From Octopus vulgaris (taxonomy: Eukaryota): a stretch of DNA of 64,000 bases. Within the stretch, counting starts at the first letter, position 1, and every line of letters starts with the position of its first letter. Below the pieces are notes generated by a model. It was not told the DNA's origin. It was given only the letters and a program-made list of their open reading frames with translations, and searched no databases. Position numbers and translations under genes: made by a program. The stretch is from contig OX597820.1 of the NCBI GenBank assembly GCA_951406725.2, forward strand, positions 48,360,001 through 48,424,000, given 5' to 3'. Positions 23,831 to 38,084 of the stretch are shown here, in pieces.

Positions 23831-25334
23831 TATATGGCTCATATACTCTTAATTCACACTGAAACTTAAAACAATAATTTTCCTGCTTTAATCTTGGAAT
23901 CCCTTCAAATGTTATGGTGCTTTTATCTCTCCGTCATCAAGGACTATATAAAGTATATTTTTTATGTCTGAATGTATCATATGTGCCACATATGTTCATA
24001 TGTTCTTTCTAGACAGTAAATATTTTCATGTATGTGGATTAACTATATCTATTTTTATAAAGTCTTCAATAGATTTTCCCATCTAATTCCCCGAATATAT
24101 TGGTTTGAAGGAAATACATTTAAAGACCGTTCTAAATAGTAATTATAGTAATTAAATCCTTTTTCGTCTACCGTCTAATTTGTATAACAATAACATCTAC
24201 CTAACGCCATTCCTACTTCGTCTCCTCATTCCTGCCCTCTTTCGAACATCACATAGTTAATAGTCAGATTGAAAATGACAATTTGTTTGGCGTTCTTCGT
24301 GGAATTAGTCATTAGCTTCAATAGCCGTTCATATTTATTGTTGTCACTAACGCTTCATATATAATGATTTATTACCATTGATAGCAAAAATATTTATGAA
24401 GAAAGAGTTTATTGCCGATGACCTATTCCTTATAAGTCAGAATTTCTTCATCTAGAAATCGAATGTGAATTATTTAATTAAGAAAAATAATAAAATACAG
24501 CACAACCGTATTCGGGATATACTTATTTTCTTCTCCATCATAATGGTCATCAGATATGCTTATTGTATGTACAATAGCTTAGCTTTTCTTACACTAGATT
24601 TTAGCAGCTGAAAATTATCTTTTTCCTCTCCCTGTAATAATCGTTTTTGTATATTTCTTACGATTTTAGTGAAGAAAGTTTTCTTGTACATTAAAAACTT
24701 AAAAGTAACATTGAGCGTCCCTTTCTTACTATCTTCAACAATCAATAGCTCCCTAATCCCTCTCTTATTGGAATGTACATCAATCCAATTCAGACTTATT
24801 TGACTGTGTAATGTGCGACTATTTGGGAACATTCCAACTTCCGTCATCCATATTGTTTGCGTCTATTTCGGTTTTGTTCACTTGTACCAAACTATAACCG
24901 AAAAAAAAATCTGTTAATACCAGACAGTGTTTTGCCATATGAATGGATTTTTAAAATTTATTTGACTGTCAAATTATTACTCTAAAAGAATTGATTAACA
25001 TACCACTGACAGATACAATTTTACTCTTTTCTGTCTTAAAATATCTATAAAATGCTGAATTCAGCTCGTGCAGTTTTTACCTTCCATGGTGTTCTAAATT
25101 ATCTGTACAACTTGCGAATCTGCCTCACTGCGTCGTCAGCCTCTTGGACTTCTCTAGGCAAAAGCATATTTTATTGATAATAATAAAATATTTGATTTCA
25201 GATATATGACGTTATAGCTGCGAACATTTGCTTCGTATAACTTTCGTTCATAACGGAAGAGAGTGATGTACAAGTTTCATGTTCTCTTTCATCAATAAAC
25301 TTTTATTATCATTGCTATCCCAAAGAAGTCGACG

Positions 25335-25745
25335 TGCTGGTAGAATTATCAGTACGTTGGATCAAATGCTAAGCAGCATTTCGGCCACCTTTCCGTCCTG
25401 AGTTCAAATTCCGCCGTGGTCAACTTTACCTTTCATCCTTTCAGGGCTGATAAATTAAATACTAGTAAAGCACTGGGATTGATGTGAACGGTTATCCCCA
25501 TCCCCAAATTACAGGTCTTGTGCCTATAGCAGAAAGGATTATTGATACCATGAAGACTTTTGCATGGGGAGAGTCGTTAGAGCATCGGAGAAATATTCCT
25601 GGTGGCACAACCCCAACGCTGCCTTTTACGTTCTGAGTTTAAATCACGCTGAATCCAATTTTTTCTTTCATCTTTTCAAAGACAATGAAAAGAAACTACG
25701 GTCAAGTGTTGGTTTCAAATGTATTGATTAACACTGATCCCTCAA
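25335..25745 (+). mobile_element. Two diverged SINE family A copies
   Basis: ctgagttcaaattccgccgtggtcaactttacctttcatcctttcagggctgataaattaaatactag; second more decayed copy from about 25560. Confidence 0.75.
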
Positions 25746-25759
25746 TATAGTTGGCCTTT

Positions 25760-26556
25760 TGCATAAGTCAGCATTTCCATTATTGTCTTCAAAAAAGTAA
25801 GGACCAACGACGGCAGCTTTTCCAAAGGAACACCAGACCGTCACTTTTGGCCTGTGCAGTGGTCTTTGGTGCAGTTCTCTCGGATTTTCAAGAGCTCAAT
25901 AACAACAGCTCTACTGATTCACTATGCCATTGAGATGAAGATGAGTTTCATTACTCTTTAACAAAATGAGGTTGTCATTTGACTCAAAAATTGCTTGCAT
26001 CTCACGTGCGAACTTAAGCCACCGTGCTTTGTCTGAAGGTTTCACTTGTTGATCACTAACCAATTTATACTGGTGGAAATGCAGGTTTTCATACAAAAAC
26101 ACCTTACCCATCGATTACGATGCCAAGTTCAATGGAATGCCTTCGAGCAGAGCGTTCGGACTCCGTATCAAACCTGTCTGACGTGTTCCTCATTTTCCGG
26201 GGTCCGTACCATTCGTGGCGCCTCCACCGGCCTCCTATTTATTACTGTACCTCGTGTACGAAGAACGTTCACCCAACGTAAGATCGTGTTACGGGTGGGA
26301 ACAGAATAATTTAGGTGAATGTTTAAGTGGCGCCGAAACTCACGCTGAACTGCTGTAACAGACTCATTATTTTTCACGTAACTTTCGTAGGCAAACAGGC
26401 GATGCTCTATCGCCCATAGTGCCATGGCTTTACTTGAAAAGAAAAAAGAAATGTTAGGACACCATGGACGGGATAGTACCTGTCGGACATATGTCCCTCC
26501 TGCTGGGGATGAGTAACTGCCGTTTGAAAAGCGTCTGTCCTCTGTGCTCCACCCTG
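25760..26556 (-). mobile_element. Truncated mariner-like DNA transposon (DUF4817-like HTH plus partial DDD domain), pseudogenised
   Basis: TA + CAGGGTGGAGCAC terminus at 26556; ATG at 26425: MALWAIEHRLFAYESYVKNNESVTAVQREFRR...VPTRNTILRWV...VRTPENEEHVR; downstream LHFHQYKL, SNETHLHLNGIVNQ, PKVTVWC, GPYFFED with frameshifts. Confidence 0.85.
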
Positions 26557-26559
26557 TAT

Positions 26560-27180
26560 CTATACTTCCGTGAAATTCAGAAACCAACTCCTAAATAAAT
26601 TAAACCATCGAATCCATCACTGTACACACACGCACACACACAGACACACACACACTCACAGTCGCATATCTATATATGTATGTATGTATGTGTGTATGCA
26701 TGCATGCATGTATGTATGTATGTATGTATGTATGTATGTATGTATGTATGTATGTATGTAGGTAGGTAGGTAGGTAGGTAGGTAGGTACCCAACACAAGC
26801 AGACGATTTATACGAAAAAGAAAGTGAAAAAAATGAAAAAAAATGAAGAAAATGAAAAAAATTATAGTAGTTATTGCATAGAATTTAAGAGTTTTCAATA
26901 TCTTTCAATAATGACAGGTGAATCAAACGTACCGTAGATCGTTGTAGAATATAAATAATATGAACACTTCCTTATCGGGAAATTACTAAGTTCGTTTAAA
27001 ATTTAAAAAATATTTTCGGTATCACTATTATAGGTATTCTATACTCTGGTGGAATTAAGAAATCAACTCATAAATAAACGAAAACCTAGAATCCATCACT
27101 GTACACACACACATGCGCGCGCGCACACATACATGCACGCACACATACACAGACACGCAGTCGCACATCTATGTACGTAC
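26560..27180. repeat. Diverged direct duplication with a period of about 480 nt
   Basis: agaaaccaactcctaaataaa...gaatccatcactgtacacacac...cagtcgcatatctat near 26580 recurs near 27058. Confidence 0.7.
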
Positions 27181-27301
27181 TAATGTATGCATGTATGTAT
27201 TTATGCATGTATAAAATATAATTAAGATCCAGTTGAATTACGTACTTAAATTGAGGTACCAAGTTCGGTATAGTCCGGTCAACTCGAAGTTAGGTGAACA
27301 A

Positions 27302-27877
27302 AATGCAAATAAGTAACAAGGATGATGTCCAGGTATCAATGCATTACGACCGTTTCTAGCGGCTCCATTTAATCGACCAATGAAAACATTACATCAATTT
27401 CAAAGAAACCGCTCTCATCAGACGTAGATGAACATACAGATTTCCAACATAAATGATAAACCATTTTTTAGAAAATCCATATCAATACTAGAAATCAAAA
27501 TAATTATATGGTTTCCTTATGTTATATTTGTGGCAGAATGAATTTAGAGAATAATGCATGTCTTATTAAGCCTACTATAATTGTGACTCTCTAAATTATA
27601 ATAGGCTTAATAAGATATGCATTATCCTTTAAATTCATTCTGCCACAAATATGACATGAGGAAACGATGTAATTATTTTGGTGTCTAGTAATGATATAAA
27701 TTTGCTAAAAATGCTAAAAATGGCTTATCCTTTATGTTGGAATTTTATATGGTCATCTACACCTAAAGAGAGCGGTTTCTTTCTAATTGATCTAATGTTT
27801 CCATTAATCGATTAAATGGAGCCGCTTGAAACGGCTGTAACCCATTGATACCTGGATACTTGTTATTTATTTACATT
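27302..27877. repeat. Large imperfect palindrome with ~280-bp arms and an 11-nt loop (27583-27593)
   Basis: For example atatttgtggcagaatgaattta versus taaattcattctgccacaaatat, and tccaggtatcaatg versus cattgatacctgga. Confidence 0.95.
27342..27424 (-). ncRNA. Hammerhead-like motif in the left palindrome arm; decayed mirror copy on + at about 27760-27842
   Basis: CTGATGA G AGCGGTTTC ... GGAGCCGCT A GAAA CGGTCG T A; mirror core reads CTAAAGA. Confidence 0.6.
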
Positions 27878-27889
27878 ATGTCTTTATTT

Positions 27890-28056
27890 ATGGATGTCTG
27901 AACATTTTCAACTCAAATTTTCATCATTTCCAGCCACTCATCCAATGAGTATTTCTGCCAAATTTGGTGAAAATCCAGTAATTTAGAAAACACACAGACA
28001 AAAAGAGAAAGATGAGTGATTACAATACCATGCTTTCACTTACGCGCGCAGGGTAA
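27890..28056 (+). mobile_element. 3' end of a non-autonomous DINE/Helentron-like repeat (tentative)
   Basis: ccaaatttggtgaaaatcc...acacacagaca...gattacaatacc...gcgcagggtaa resembles termini of such elements; from recall only. Confidence 0.3.
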
Positions 28057-31000
28057 AAGGATAAAAGGCACCATTACAACAGCTTTGATTTGGTTATTCC
28101 GTTTTTCTAAACATTTTATTTCTTCTGTTTAATTTCTTATTATCATAATATTTGGAGTTCTATATTTCCAAAATATACTGCTGTCTTGCTTCAGAGCTGG
28201 ACCTGCTAGTGTCAGATAGGAATTAGAATAAAGCAGTAGAAAACATGTTAGAAACACACCAAGTGACGTATTTCAGAGTGCTTTTGTTTCCGAATTATTT
28301 TTTAGTGGATTATTTTTTTCTAAATTGGATGATGTTTTGTGTCAGTTCGTTCGAGCTGTTTAAAAAGAACTTCAGCAGTGTGTTAATTTTCTTTTGCCCA
28401 ATTTGAGCAAAAAACAGACTTTTTTTATTTATTCATTTATATTTTTATGATCGACTTTGAACGCAAAATGTCAGCTATAAATGACCTCACAAACAAAAGT
28501 TTTGACAGCTGCTTAAATGCACCCGCACACAGGAAAGAGATGAAAATATTGCAAAACGTAGCACACGCAATTTGAATAAAAATATTTCGTACACAAGAAA
28601 ATGATTTTAAAAACACTCTTTACAACACACATATTTGTGCATATACCGCCAAGTATAATAAAATGTTTGATAGAAGCAAGTTCCACTTAGAGAAAAACTC
28701 TCGCAGTCATGTATCACTAGGGATTCTATTGTCTTATCTCCTAGGTATTTGTCCAAGAGCAAGGAGAAGTACTTTGATGACATTTTAAATACTTTCTAGT
28801 GAAGATTTGAAGGACTCCTCACCGATATGAGAAACAGAGTTTTTGTCTTAGAGTGAGATAGGTTGTGCAGTACTATCTGCCTAGGTTACGAGAGCGCAGG
28901 CGAAACAAAATATTAAAGAGAGTAAGGTTTAAGCCCACCCGTAGTATTGCACTGAAGTATAAAATTCAGGTCAACAGACGTTTAGTATTAGTCATACTGG
29001 CATTGATATTGGCTCCCAGCTCGTTGTTATATTGTAACGCAAAATGGTTGAGTGGTAAATGCACGGATGACGAGAATTTCTAAATGATCCGACTAGATCA
29101 GCTTAAGTTTTCATGTCCTTACGCACTCCAAGTATTCGGACGCAGTTTCAGAACCGTGTCATGTCAAGGAAGCGGAAGCACCAGCAGTTGGCATTTGTGT
29201 TACAAAGTTGAAAGCCCACGTGTTATAACTGTGGGCCCAAAATCCACTTGAAAGCTTTCTGCAGTAAAATAAATGAAAAAGATATGTCTTGAAGACTACT
29301 CTTCCCATAGTACCACCAGTCAAACTCCAGAAACAGTGAGAGGAATTTCTCCTCCTAGATCGATGACGCAGATGTTACCGAAGCACTATCCCTAAAAGTT
29401 CTATCTCATTCACTTACAATCATGCGATATGAATAATGGCTGGCGAGGAGTGGCAGAGATTTGCGGAGAAAATTATATATAGAAAGAAGAATCAAAATCC
29501 ACGAGGGAAAGCAAAAAGGGCACCGGGAAATGTATCTCTAAGACGGTATTAAGTTCATTGTTGTTAGATTGCGCAACTTATTTCTCGGAATGCATCTGTG
29601 CGTTAATGAATATGACAAATAGGAAGATATAGGATACGACCTGGGGGAGATATTGAGTTAATACACAGATGGCATGCTCAATAATTTACCATATTCTCAA
29701 ACAGAAACACTTAGGGGTTAGATCCATTTTAGTACGGACAAGACAATACAGGGTCACTGGTACCTCTAGATGTATCTAGTTGAAAAAATGAGTCGCAAGT
29801 GGGTAGAAATGAGTCCACTTATCTATTGAACTTCCACTCGTTTTCGAGTGTAGAACCTAATTTCTCCATGAGTTGATGCGTGAAACGATGAATGAAGGAA
29901 TGTGTGTGAGATATTTGAACGTGTAAAGGCTTTTCCCTACATTTTATCGCGTAGAAAAAATTCTCGCATAAGGAAAAATAGTGTTACTACACAGTAGTCA
30001 ACACAGGGAGCACTCTGTTGGACTGATGAATGTTTTCTGTAAAACCTTCACAAATTCAAATATCCAGCTTAAGTTTGTATTTTCTTAGTTAATCCTTCAC
30101 TAAACTACTTAGCTATTTCTTTAGGAAAATGTGCACTGTCAGTCAATAATATTGAATACTATGCAACAAAGGAAGTAAAGCTTTCTGGTTATTTCAGAAT
30201 TACCTCCCTTGGTAGCCGATGCTGTAGAAAACTAATGAGGACGACATGTATCCATCAATATATTTCATATATTTTATATTACTTCATTTTGTCGAATAAT
30301 ATATTTTTATAATCATTTTTAACATTTCATATGCGCTTCATTGCGCATATTTTTCTCTTTTGCCTTGAAATATTTTATTTTGAATTATTAGTAATTTTGC
30401 TATTTCTCGCTGGGATATCATAAAAAATACACAACATTGTTTCATCCAATGTCGTAGTGAAACGAAAGACCCTCTCAATGGTGGTGGCAGATTTGCGAAA
30501 ATAGATAACTACACAAAAAACGATATCTCTCACACGAACACAATTCCATTTAAAAGTAAGATGTGATTGGAGAGAAAAAAAAAAGAAAAAAACAGAAAAA
30601 GCAAAGTCGATTTGAAAATCTCCTATTGTGAGAAAATTAACCATAACAACAAACTTTGCGACGGAAGAGGCCTCAGCAGCTTTGTCTAAATAAGCAAAAT
30701 TAACGTGAACGAGAATAACAAGAATAACCATTGTAACAGCATCGATATACATAAAGAAGTAACGCTAACATCGTCCTTAATCAGTCTTGCGCGTGATTGG
30801 ATTAATTACTTCAGATGCAAGAATAGGGAAACAAAAACGGTAGAGAGCCTGCACTTACGCTACTTAGGAGCAGATATACATTGTAGCCATGTTTCCACAG
30901 GTTACAAGATTGTCTGAGGGGGAAGAGTCGGTCTACCGTACCAATTGATGCGCAGGCATATGGGGAATCTTCGATAAGTGCAGAGATACCCCGACAGTAA

Positions 31001-31380
31001 GCAGGTATGTCGCTTTTTTTTTTAAGAGATTGTCTCTTTGGCATTATCTGCAGATGACGATTAGACTCTCTATTTCTCTCTTTCGCACCTCATATATATA
31101 TATATATATAAACTTATATAAATTAATGAAAGAACTTCATATACTAGCGGATTAATATTCTGTTTAACGATTAGTACAGTCATTCTCCGCCTAAAAAGAA
31201 TAGAAACGAAAAAGGGGAAAAAACAAGGTTAAGAGGAGACAGAAGGAAAGTGTTATATTAAAAGTTACGCGGTTTTGTAAGAATTGCTGGCGAAATGTGA
31301 GTGACTGTAATGATGCTTCACAGATAAAACAATTTTACGATTAGATAATGAGTAAAATTAATATCATATGTGCTGTGTAA

Positions 31381-31775
31381 CGCGGCGAGCTGGCAGAAAC
31401 GTTAGTACGCCGGGCGAAATGCTTAGCGGTATTTCGTCTGCCGCTACGTTCTAATTTCAAATTCCTCCGAGGTAAATTTTGCCTTTCATCCTTTCGGGGT
31501 CTATTAAATAAGTAACAATTACGCCCTAGGGTCGATATAATCGACTTAATCCGTTTGTCTGTCCTTGTTTGTCCTCTCTCTGTTTAGCCCCTTGTGGGTA
31601 GTAAAACATAGGTATTTCGTATGTCCTTACGTTCTGAGTTCAAATTCAGCCGCGGTCGATTTTACCTTTCATCATTTCAGGGTGATGAATTAAGTACCAG
31701 TAGCATATTTGGGTCAAACTAATCGACTGCCCCTCCCAAACAATTTCGGACCTTATGCCTAGAGTATAAAATATT
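31381..31775 (+). mobile_element. Composite (dimeric) SINE family A
   Basis: gcggcgagctggcagaaacgttag head, alternative tail, then a second core ttctgagttcaaattcagcc and the standard tail. Confidence 0.9.
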
Positions 31776-32552
31776 TTATGCGCTGTGTTTTAGAGAAACT
31801 GTGCGTGCGGTGGTCAGTGTTTATATGTGTGTATTCATGTAGGTATGAGTAGTTCTAATGGAAGGAAATACTGATATATATGTACATAAATATATGAATT
31901 ATTTCGTGTGTATTACTGTAATCATGCGTGTTCAAAGAATAGTTATTTAAACTGCATTTGAATGTTCTTAGACTGCATGCGCGTATGTATGTAATTATGT
32001 GTACTTATGTAAGTGCATATATACATGTATATGCATATATAAATATATGTTTGTGTGTGTATGTGTGTGTGCGTACGTGTATGTGTGCGTGTGTGCATAT
32101 ATATATATAAACATATGTATTCATGTGTGTGTTTCTATATATGTATCTATGTAAGTGTGTATGTATGGGACATGAGTTGTTTGTGTTTACCCCTGTTTTT
32201 CTTTTATTTATGTTGTTTTATTCTGTTCCGGATATTTTTCCAAGCAGTATGTGTGCTTCACTGTTCATTCGCAATCTCTACTTTCTCTAGTTACTTTCAA
32301 TTGCGATTTCACTTCATCTGACAGTATTATTTGTATCAGTAACCAATTTGAAATCGCAGAAGTAAAATTTTGATACAATTTACTATACAAAGCTAATAAA
32401 AGCTAAAAATGAAGTATATATTACGGCGTAAAAATGCTCAGATACTATCATACATCCTACCCCACACCTATGCACACTCACGCACAAAAGTATAATATAT
32501 ATATGATTGAATATTTATATGAGTAATACATGTATAAATGCCTATACATGCA

Positions 32553-32599
<47 letters not shown>

Positions 32600-32617
32600 T
32601 TACATACATGCATATGC

Positions 32618-32667
<50 letters not shown>

Positions 32668-33165
32668 CTGTGTGTGCTCCACGGTATGTTAATATGGTTC
32701 CCAATCCAGATATAGAAGGAAAGATAAACATGTGTTGTCATACGCACATACTCCGTACAGTGTAGAATGAAAAATGTTCTCAAGTAAAATAACCAATAAA
32801 AGAATATTTAAAGACTATTATGTTTGTGAAAAAGTAAACTGAAGAAACAGAATGTTTAGAGAAAAAAAAACGGAGGGAAAAGAAGATAGAAGTGAAGTGT
32901 ATTTGAAAAAAAAAAAGCATTTGGACATGAAATCTAAAGACTTTCTTGAAACCTCCTGAAAGTATGCTTGAATTATGAATGAGGCAAGGGAAGAGAAATA
33001 AGATAACATGAAATACAAGATGGCGACAAAAGAGATAATATAAACAGCTTCTCTACTGGCCGATGTACGTCAAGGAAATTGAATGGTGAAATCAAATTAA
33101 AACTTCAATATTTTTTTAGAACAACAATAGCAATTTCAACATGGTGGACAATAACAACAACAAAA

Positions 33166-33227
<62 letters not shown>

Positions 33228-33537
33228 CTGGATAAAATAAATGAATAAATATAAAGTGTCAAAAGAAAATAGAATATAACAGTATTCTGGTGTATAGAAA
33301 TAAACTACATGAATTGGAAGAAAAAATATAATAATATAATATGACAATAAATTAATATAAATAAATAAATAAAGAAAGAAAGAAAACGAAACAAAACAAT
33401 AAACAAACGGGGCAATAGTTTAGAAGTGAAGAAGGAATATAATAGCAACACACCGGAAATTACAATTTTCATAATAAAATATGAAGTTTCGGTATAAAAC
33501 TTTCAAACATTTCAATTTTAGTCAACAAACAAACCAA

Positions 33538-33588
<51 letters not shown>

Positions 33589-33626
33589 ACTGAAAGCTTT
33601 CAAAATATGAAACCAACAACAACTAC

Positions 33627-33664
<38 letters not shown>

Positions 33665-33946
33665 TAACAATAATAGTAGCAAATAAACAAATCTTGCGGG
33701 CTGGTATAGTTCAGTTTGACAAACGGCGAATGAATGTCGTTCGTTTGAGAATGAGATTGTTTGAGAATGATGTTTGAAGATGACTGCGGAAAGCTGTAGG
33801 ATAAAGAGAAAGTCTCAGACCGTAATGCAGCTGTCTTTACTAATTATAACCAATTTAATTTAACGGGAAAAATGACTAATTAAGGGCAGTTTCTTTATAA
33901 AAGAATTATAAATTTCATTATTTTGCCTCTCATAAGAACATAAAAA

Positions 33947-33988
33947 ATATTATTATTATTATTGTTATTATTATTATTATTATTATTA

Positions 33989-34043
<55 letters not shown>

Positions 34044-34065
34044 GATTATTATTATTATTATTATT
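33947..34065. repeat. (TTA)n microsatellite; related (AAT)n/(AAAT)n tracts at about 33168-33225, 33536-33588 and 33628-33661
   Basis: Directly visible. Confidence 0.95.
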
Positions 34066-34796
34066 GCGTTTTCTAATTATTGAGATGAGTGGACCTGTCA
34101 AACAAAGATCTGTGAATGATTCGATTATACACGTTTAATTAATGGAAGGGAAAAAATGTCTACGAATTATCTTGTGAATGGAGGGCTTTTGAAAATTTAA
34201 GTATTAACCCCATGTAACTTGGGTAAAGAATCAAAGTTTCCTCATGTAGTTATTTACTGTATATTCTGTAAATATTCTTTTTCTATATGTCGTTTTCAGA
34301 GAAATCATTTAGAGGCACTCGCCACAAAACAAAGCAAACCCGATCATCTCTATAACGACTAAAATTTGTGCAATCAATAAGGCAATCACAAAAGGAAATT
34401 CTAAAAAATATCAAAGAAGCAGGCTCCTAAAGTATTCAAACATTAACAAAATTTATAAAGCGACAATATGTTTGTAGCAATATTAGCAATAACATATGTT
34501 TTTTTCTTGCATTGCCAATCAATGAAATTCCATCATATAGGTTGGCTCACAGGAAAAAAATACTGGAAAAGTATTTTACCACAGACAGTGACGTTTGCAT
34601 TTACATAATACATCCAAGACAGGCAAAGATTTCAGAGTTCAGTAACATGCTTCTATCCTGCTAAATGCCGAAGTGACTTCCGTCGACGGATGAAACTACG
34701 CAATTTCCTTCTGCTGCGCCAGAGCGTATGGAAATGTGTGTTTGACCATCATCATTGAGGATGATATATTTATCCTCACGGAATATGTTGTTATGA

Positions 34797-34910
34797 GTTG
34801 ATGTGTGATATTGATGTTAAACCATGCGTTGAAGTGTGACATTAATGTTAGGCTATGCGTTGATGTGTGATATTAATGTTAAGTTAAGCGCTTTTGTGTG
34901 ATATTAATGC
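34797..34910. repeat. 31-bp minisatellite, about 3.7 diverged copies
   Basis: gttgatgtgtgatattRatgttaRRcYatgc repeated at 34797, 34828, 34859 and 34890. Confidence 0.85.
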
Positions 34911-35238
34911 TCGCTTAAGTGGAAATATTCTATGTTAGGCAGTCCTTAGTGGAAAGCATGAATTTATATACTGTGAATAAAATCCTCGAAGGATTTTTGC
35001 CTCTGATATGCTTTTGGCACACAAAACGTAAATCAATGAACTCTACGCTTCTTTAAATTAAAAAGAAGCAAGCATAATAACCATGGTTTACTTAATGATA
35101 ATGAGAGCTTATTTGATGTTTCAAGCTCAAATCTGCACCAATAGTGACTAGTAGGTCTAGCGTGAACAACTAATTTTCCACCAACATGAAAATATTTATT
35201 AGCACAATAATGATAATCTAAGACTCAACCTTGTATTT

Positions 35239-35279
<41 letters not shown>

Positions 35280-38013
35280 ATAGATATGTTTGAGATAAAA
35301 AGCCGTCAAAATGCTAAGAAATTAACTTTTGTAATCAAAGATATTTAGGGTGTTTGAAGAATTGAGGAGAGTAAATTTCTAATCTGATATTGAATGGTAT
35401 ATGTTAGATACTTCCTCATATCAGTAGAGGACGATGAACTGTTAACTACACTGATGTCATTAACAAAGCACAGAAGACAAAACTGGGGACTTTCCGAAGC
35501 TAATGATTATAGTGATTGCTCGTGCGGTGTGGTGAAAAATATTTCCGTTGAGTCTGAGAGAAATATTTGAATAATACTGTTTTTACACGACACAGAATGC
35601 CCACTCAAATGCTATCACATCTTTCCTTCTACTTCTTTCTACCTCCATACATTGCCTCTCGAAAGCTGTCGTGTTTATTTTAACATGCAACCATAGTTGG
35701 TATACTTATCTCCAAGTTTTCTATTCTCTTTATATTCAGTTCAAACACTAATTTCATCTGATTAGTCTTATTGTTTTCTTGGATCTGTTACTATAAAGAA
35801 CGAAATGCACTGGCCGTCTACAAAATCTTTTGAGAAGACAATTGGCCACCTAAAAACAATTTTGTACACACATGCTTATACAGTCAAACAAACATGCACA
35901 CACACATACACACAGACACAGACACACACACATACACACAGACACACGCACGCACACACATACACACAAACACACGCTCATACACACAGACACACGCTCA
36001 TACACACAGACAATTTGAACTTAAAAGGTGGTCGATGAAAGATTCCGTTGAACACACGAAGAAATATTTTGCTTAATCTAGAGAACTCTTATGTTCCCAG
36101 TTCAAACTCTGCAAAGACTTACTATGGCACTTATCATTTCAGAGTTAAATATTATAGGTACCAATGCCATAGATGTAGCGCTAAAAGTGTTGTTTATTGA
36201 ATATTTGCCAGTTGATTGAATTTCCTATTTTGGGTTTGATGTAGAATGTGTGTGTGTATGTGTGTGTGTGCGAGTGAGTGTGTGTGTGTTTGTGCGCGCG
36301 TGTTTGTGTGTGAGCGTGAAATCCCGGCATCAATACGAGAAGAATAAAATCGGTAAATTACCTGAGGGTATAACTAAACTGAAGTAGCTGTTCAGAACAG
36401 GAAAAAATAAATGTCAGTTGTTTGTCTTCAGAGTGCATTAATCACTGATGCGCAAAGCTAGGAAGTATAATTTACTCACATGTCTTGAAAAATACATATT
36501 ACCTTTTGTATCTGAAGTAGTTAGCTTCCTTATCTCGTTAGCAGTATTTTTTTTCAAAAATAATACATGAACTAATTCGCTATATTGTTCTATTCCTCAA
36601 CATGTCAATATTACTGTGCATGTAGAAGCAAATACATTATTTACGATAAAGCGCGAATGATCTTAGAATTGTTTATTTATATTGAGGTTCTCTAGGTTAG
36701 TGAGAATACTGGTTATAAACAATAGTCTGTCACACATATCCCTAAATTCACTTTACTGTGCCCTGTATCAGTATTTTGAATTGCAAGTTTTGTCAGCCAG
36801 GCTTTTCAATATTGAACAATAATCAGTTCGTAAAATCTGATTTTTGATATTAATTCACTGGTAAAATAATATAGATACTAATAATTAAGTTTTAATTACG
36901 TTATGTAGTAAAATATTTGTGTCTTTAATTAATAGATTCTAGTTGTATACGGTAAAGTGTGTCAGCAAAACTCAAGGATATTCTTATTCTCAAATTATTA
37001 GGGTATATTTAACGAATGACATGCACAATTCAACACGTAGTGTTGTTTTTCTCATTACTATCTAACACATCTCTTACGACACCAATGCTATTGGACAAGA
37101 TATTACTGTCTCAAACATCATTTTCTCTTATTTTTTAATCTATCAAAATAAAACATGAATTGACATGAATTTTTTCAGAAAGATCTTCCTTGGTTGAGCT
37201 ATTTCTGCTCTGTGAATTTTCCATAATACTGTTAAGTTGCTCCTTGGAGCATAACCATTATACATCTTTCCTGTTTATTTCGTGAGTGTTTCATTGTCGA
37301 CATAGTACATTTTCCGGCTAACGTTGGTAAAAAACAAAAAAAAAAACACGTTCCTTATTGCATTCAGCGCTAAAGTATTGAGTTTAGAATATTTCTTTTT
37401 AATTCCCTACTTAGACCAAACTGATTTAACATTTTCCAAGAAAGATCCTCTTTTTACGGCAATGTGATTTGCTTTCATCCTCTGGTATATAGCATATTGT
37501 TAATTGATTTTGTAGTCTTTGGAGTTTCACATTAAGCATAAGTATATATAGTATATAAAACATTTTATTAGCATATCCCAGATATTTCGAGAATCTCTGT
37601 ACAATATAATCAGTATATATATTTTTTATGAGATGGAGGTTTGTGCCTGCTTAACTTATCCCTCTCACACGTTGTTATAGTTTATAAATATTTATATTAT
37701 CTGCTAGTTTCCTTCTCAACCTGGGTGGTGTAGTCTGGGCGATCTTCTTCTTTACTACAGACGCTGAATTTATCTGTTTAACAGTTGTTTGAGTAAGATA
37801 GCAGATGAATATACAGAAGTATTGCCTGATATATAATCTATAAAAATATCTTTGGGATAATATTTGATATGAGAGTTTGTTTTTTACTGACATTTGGATC
37901 AACCCTCACAAAAATTATTGGGAAAATATTAAGCAAAAAATAGATTATTTGTGAAATTTTAATTAATGTCTGCAAAATTTGATTGAAAACTGATTTTAGT
38001 TTCTACACACACA

Positions 38014-38084
<71 letters not shown>

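Noticed and set aside
23880-25250. Minus-strand purine-rich region with a YCLERTYEHMWH trace and ORF 24560-24847
   Set aside because: Possibly a very old LINE ORF2 end, but no motif is clear enough to call
28760-29930. Complex non-microsatellite region, possibly an old transposon
   Set aside because: No diagnostic motif or terminal structure found by eye
37700-37800. Possible exon FLLNLGGVVWAIFFFTTDAEFICLTVV followed by gtaag
   Set aside because: Weak acceptor, stop before the donor, and no recognisable homology
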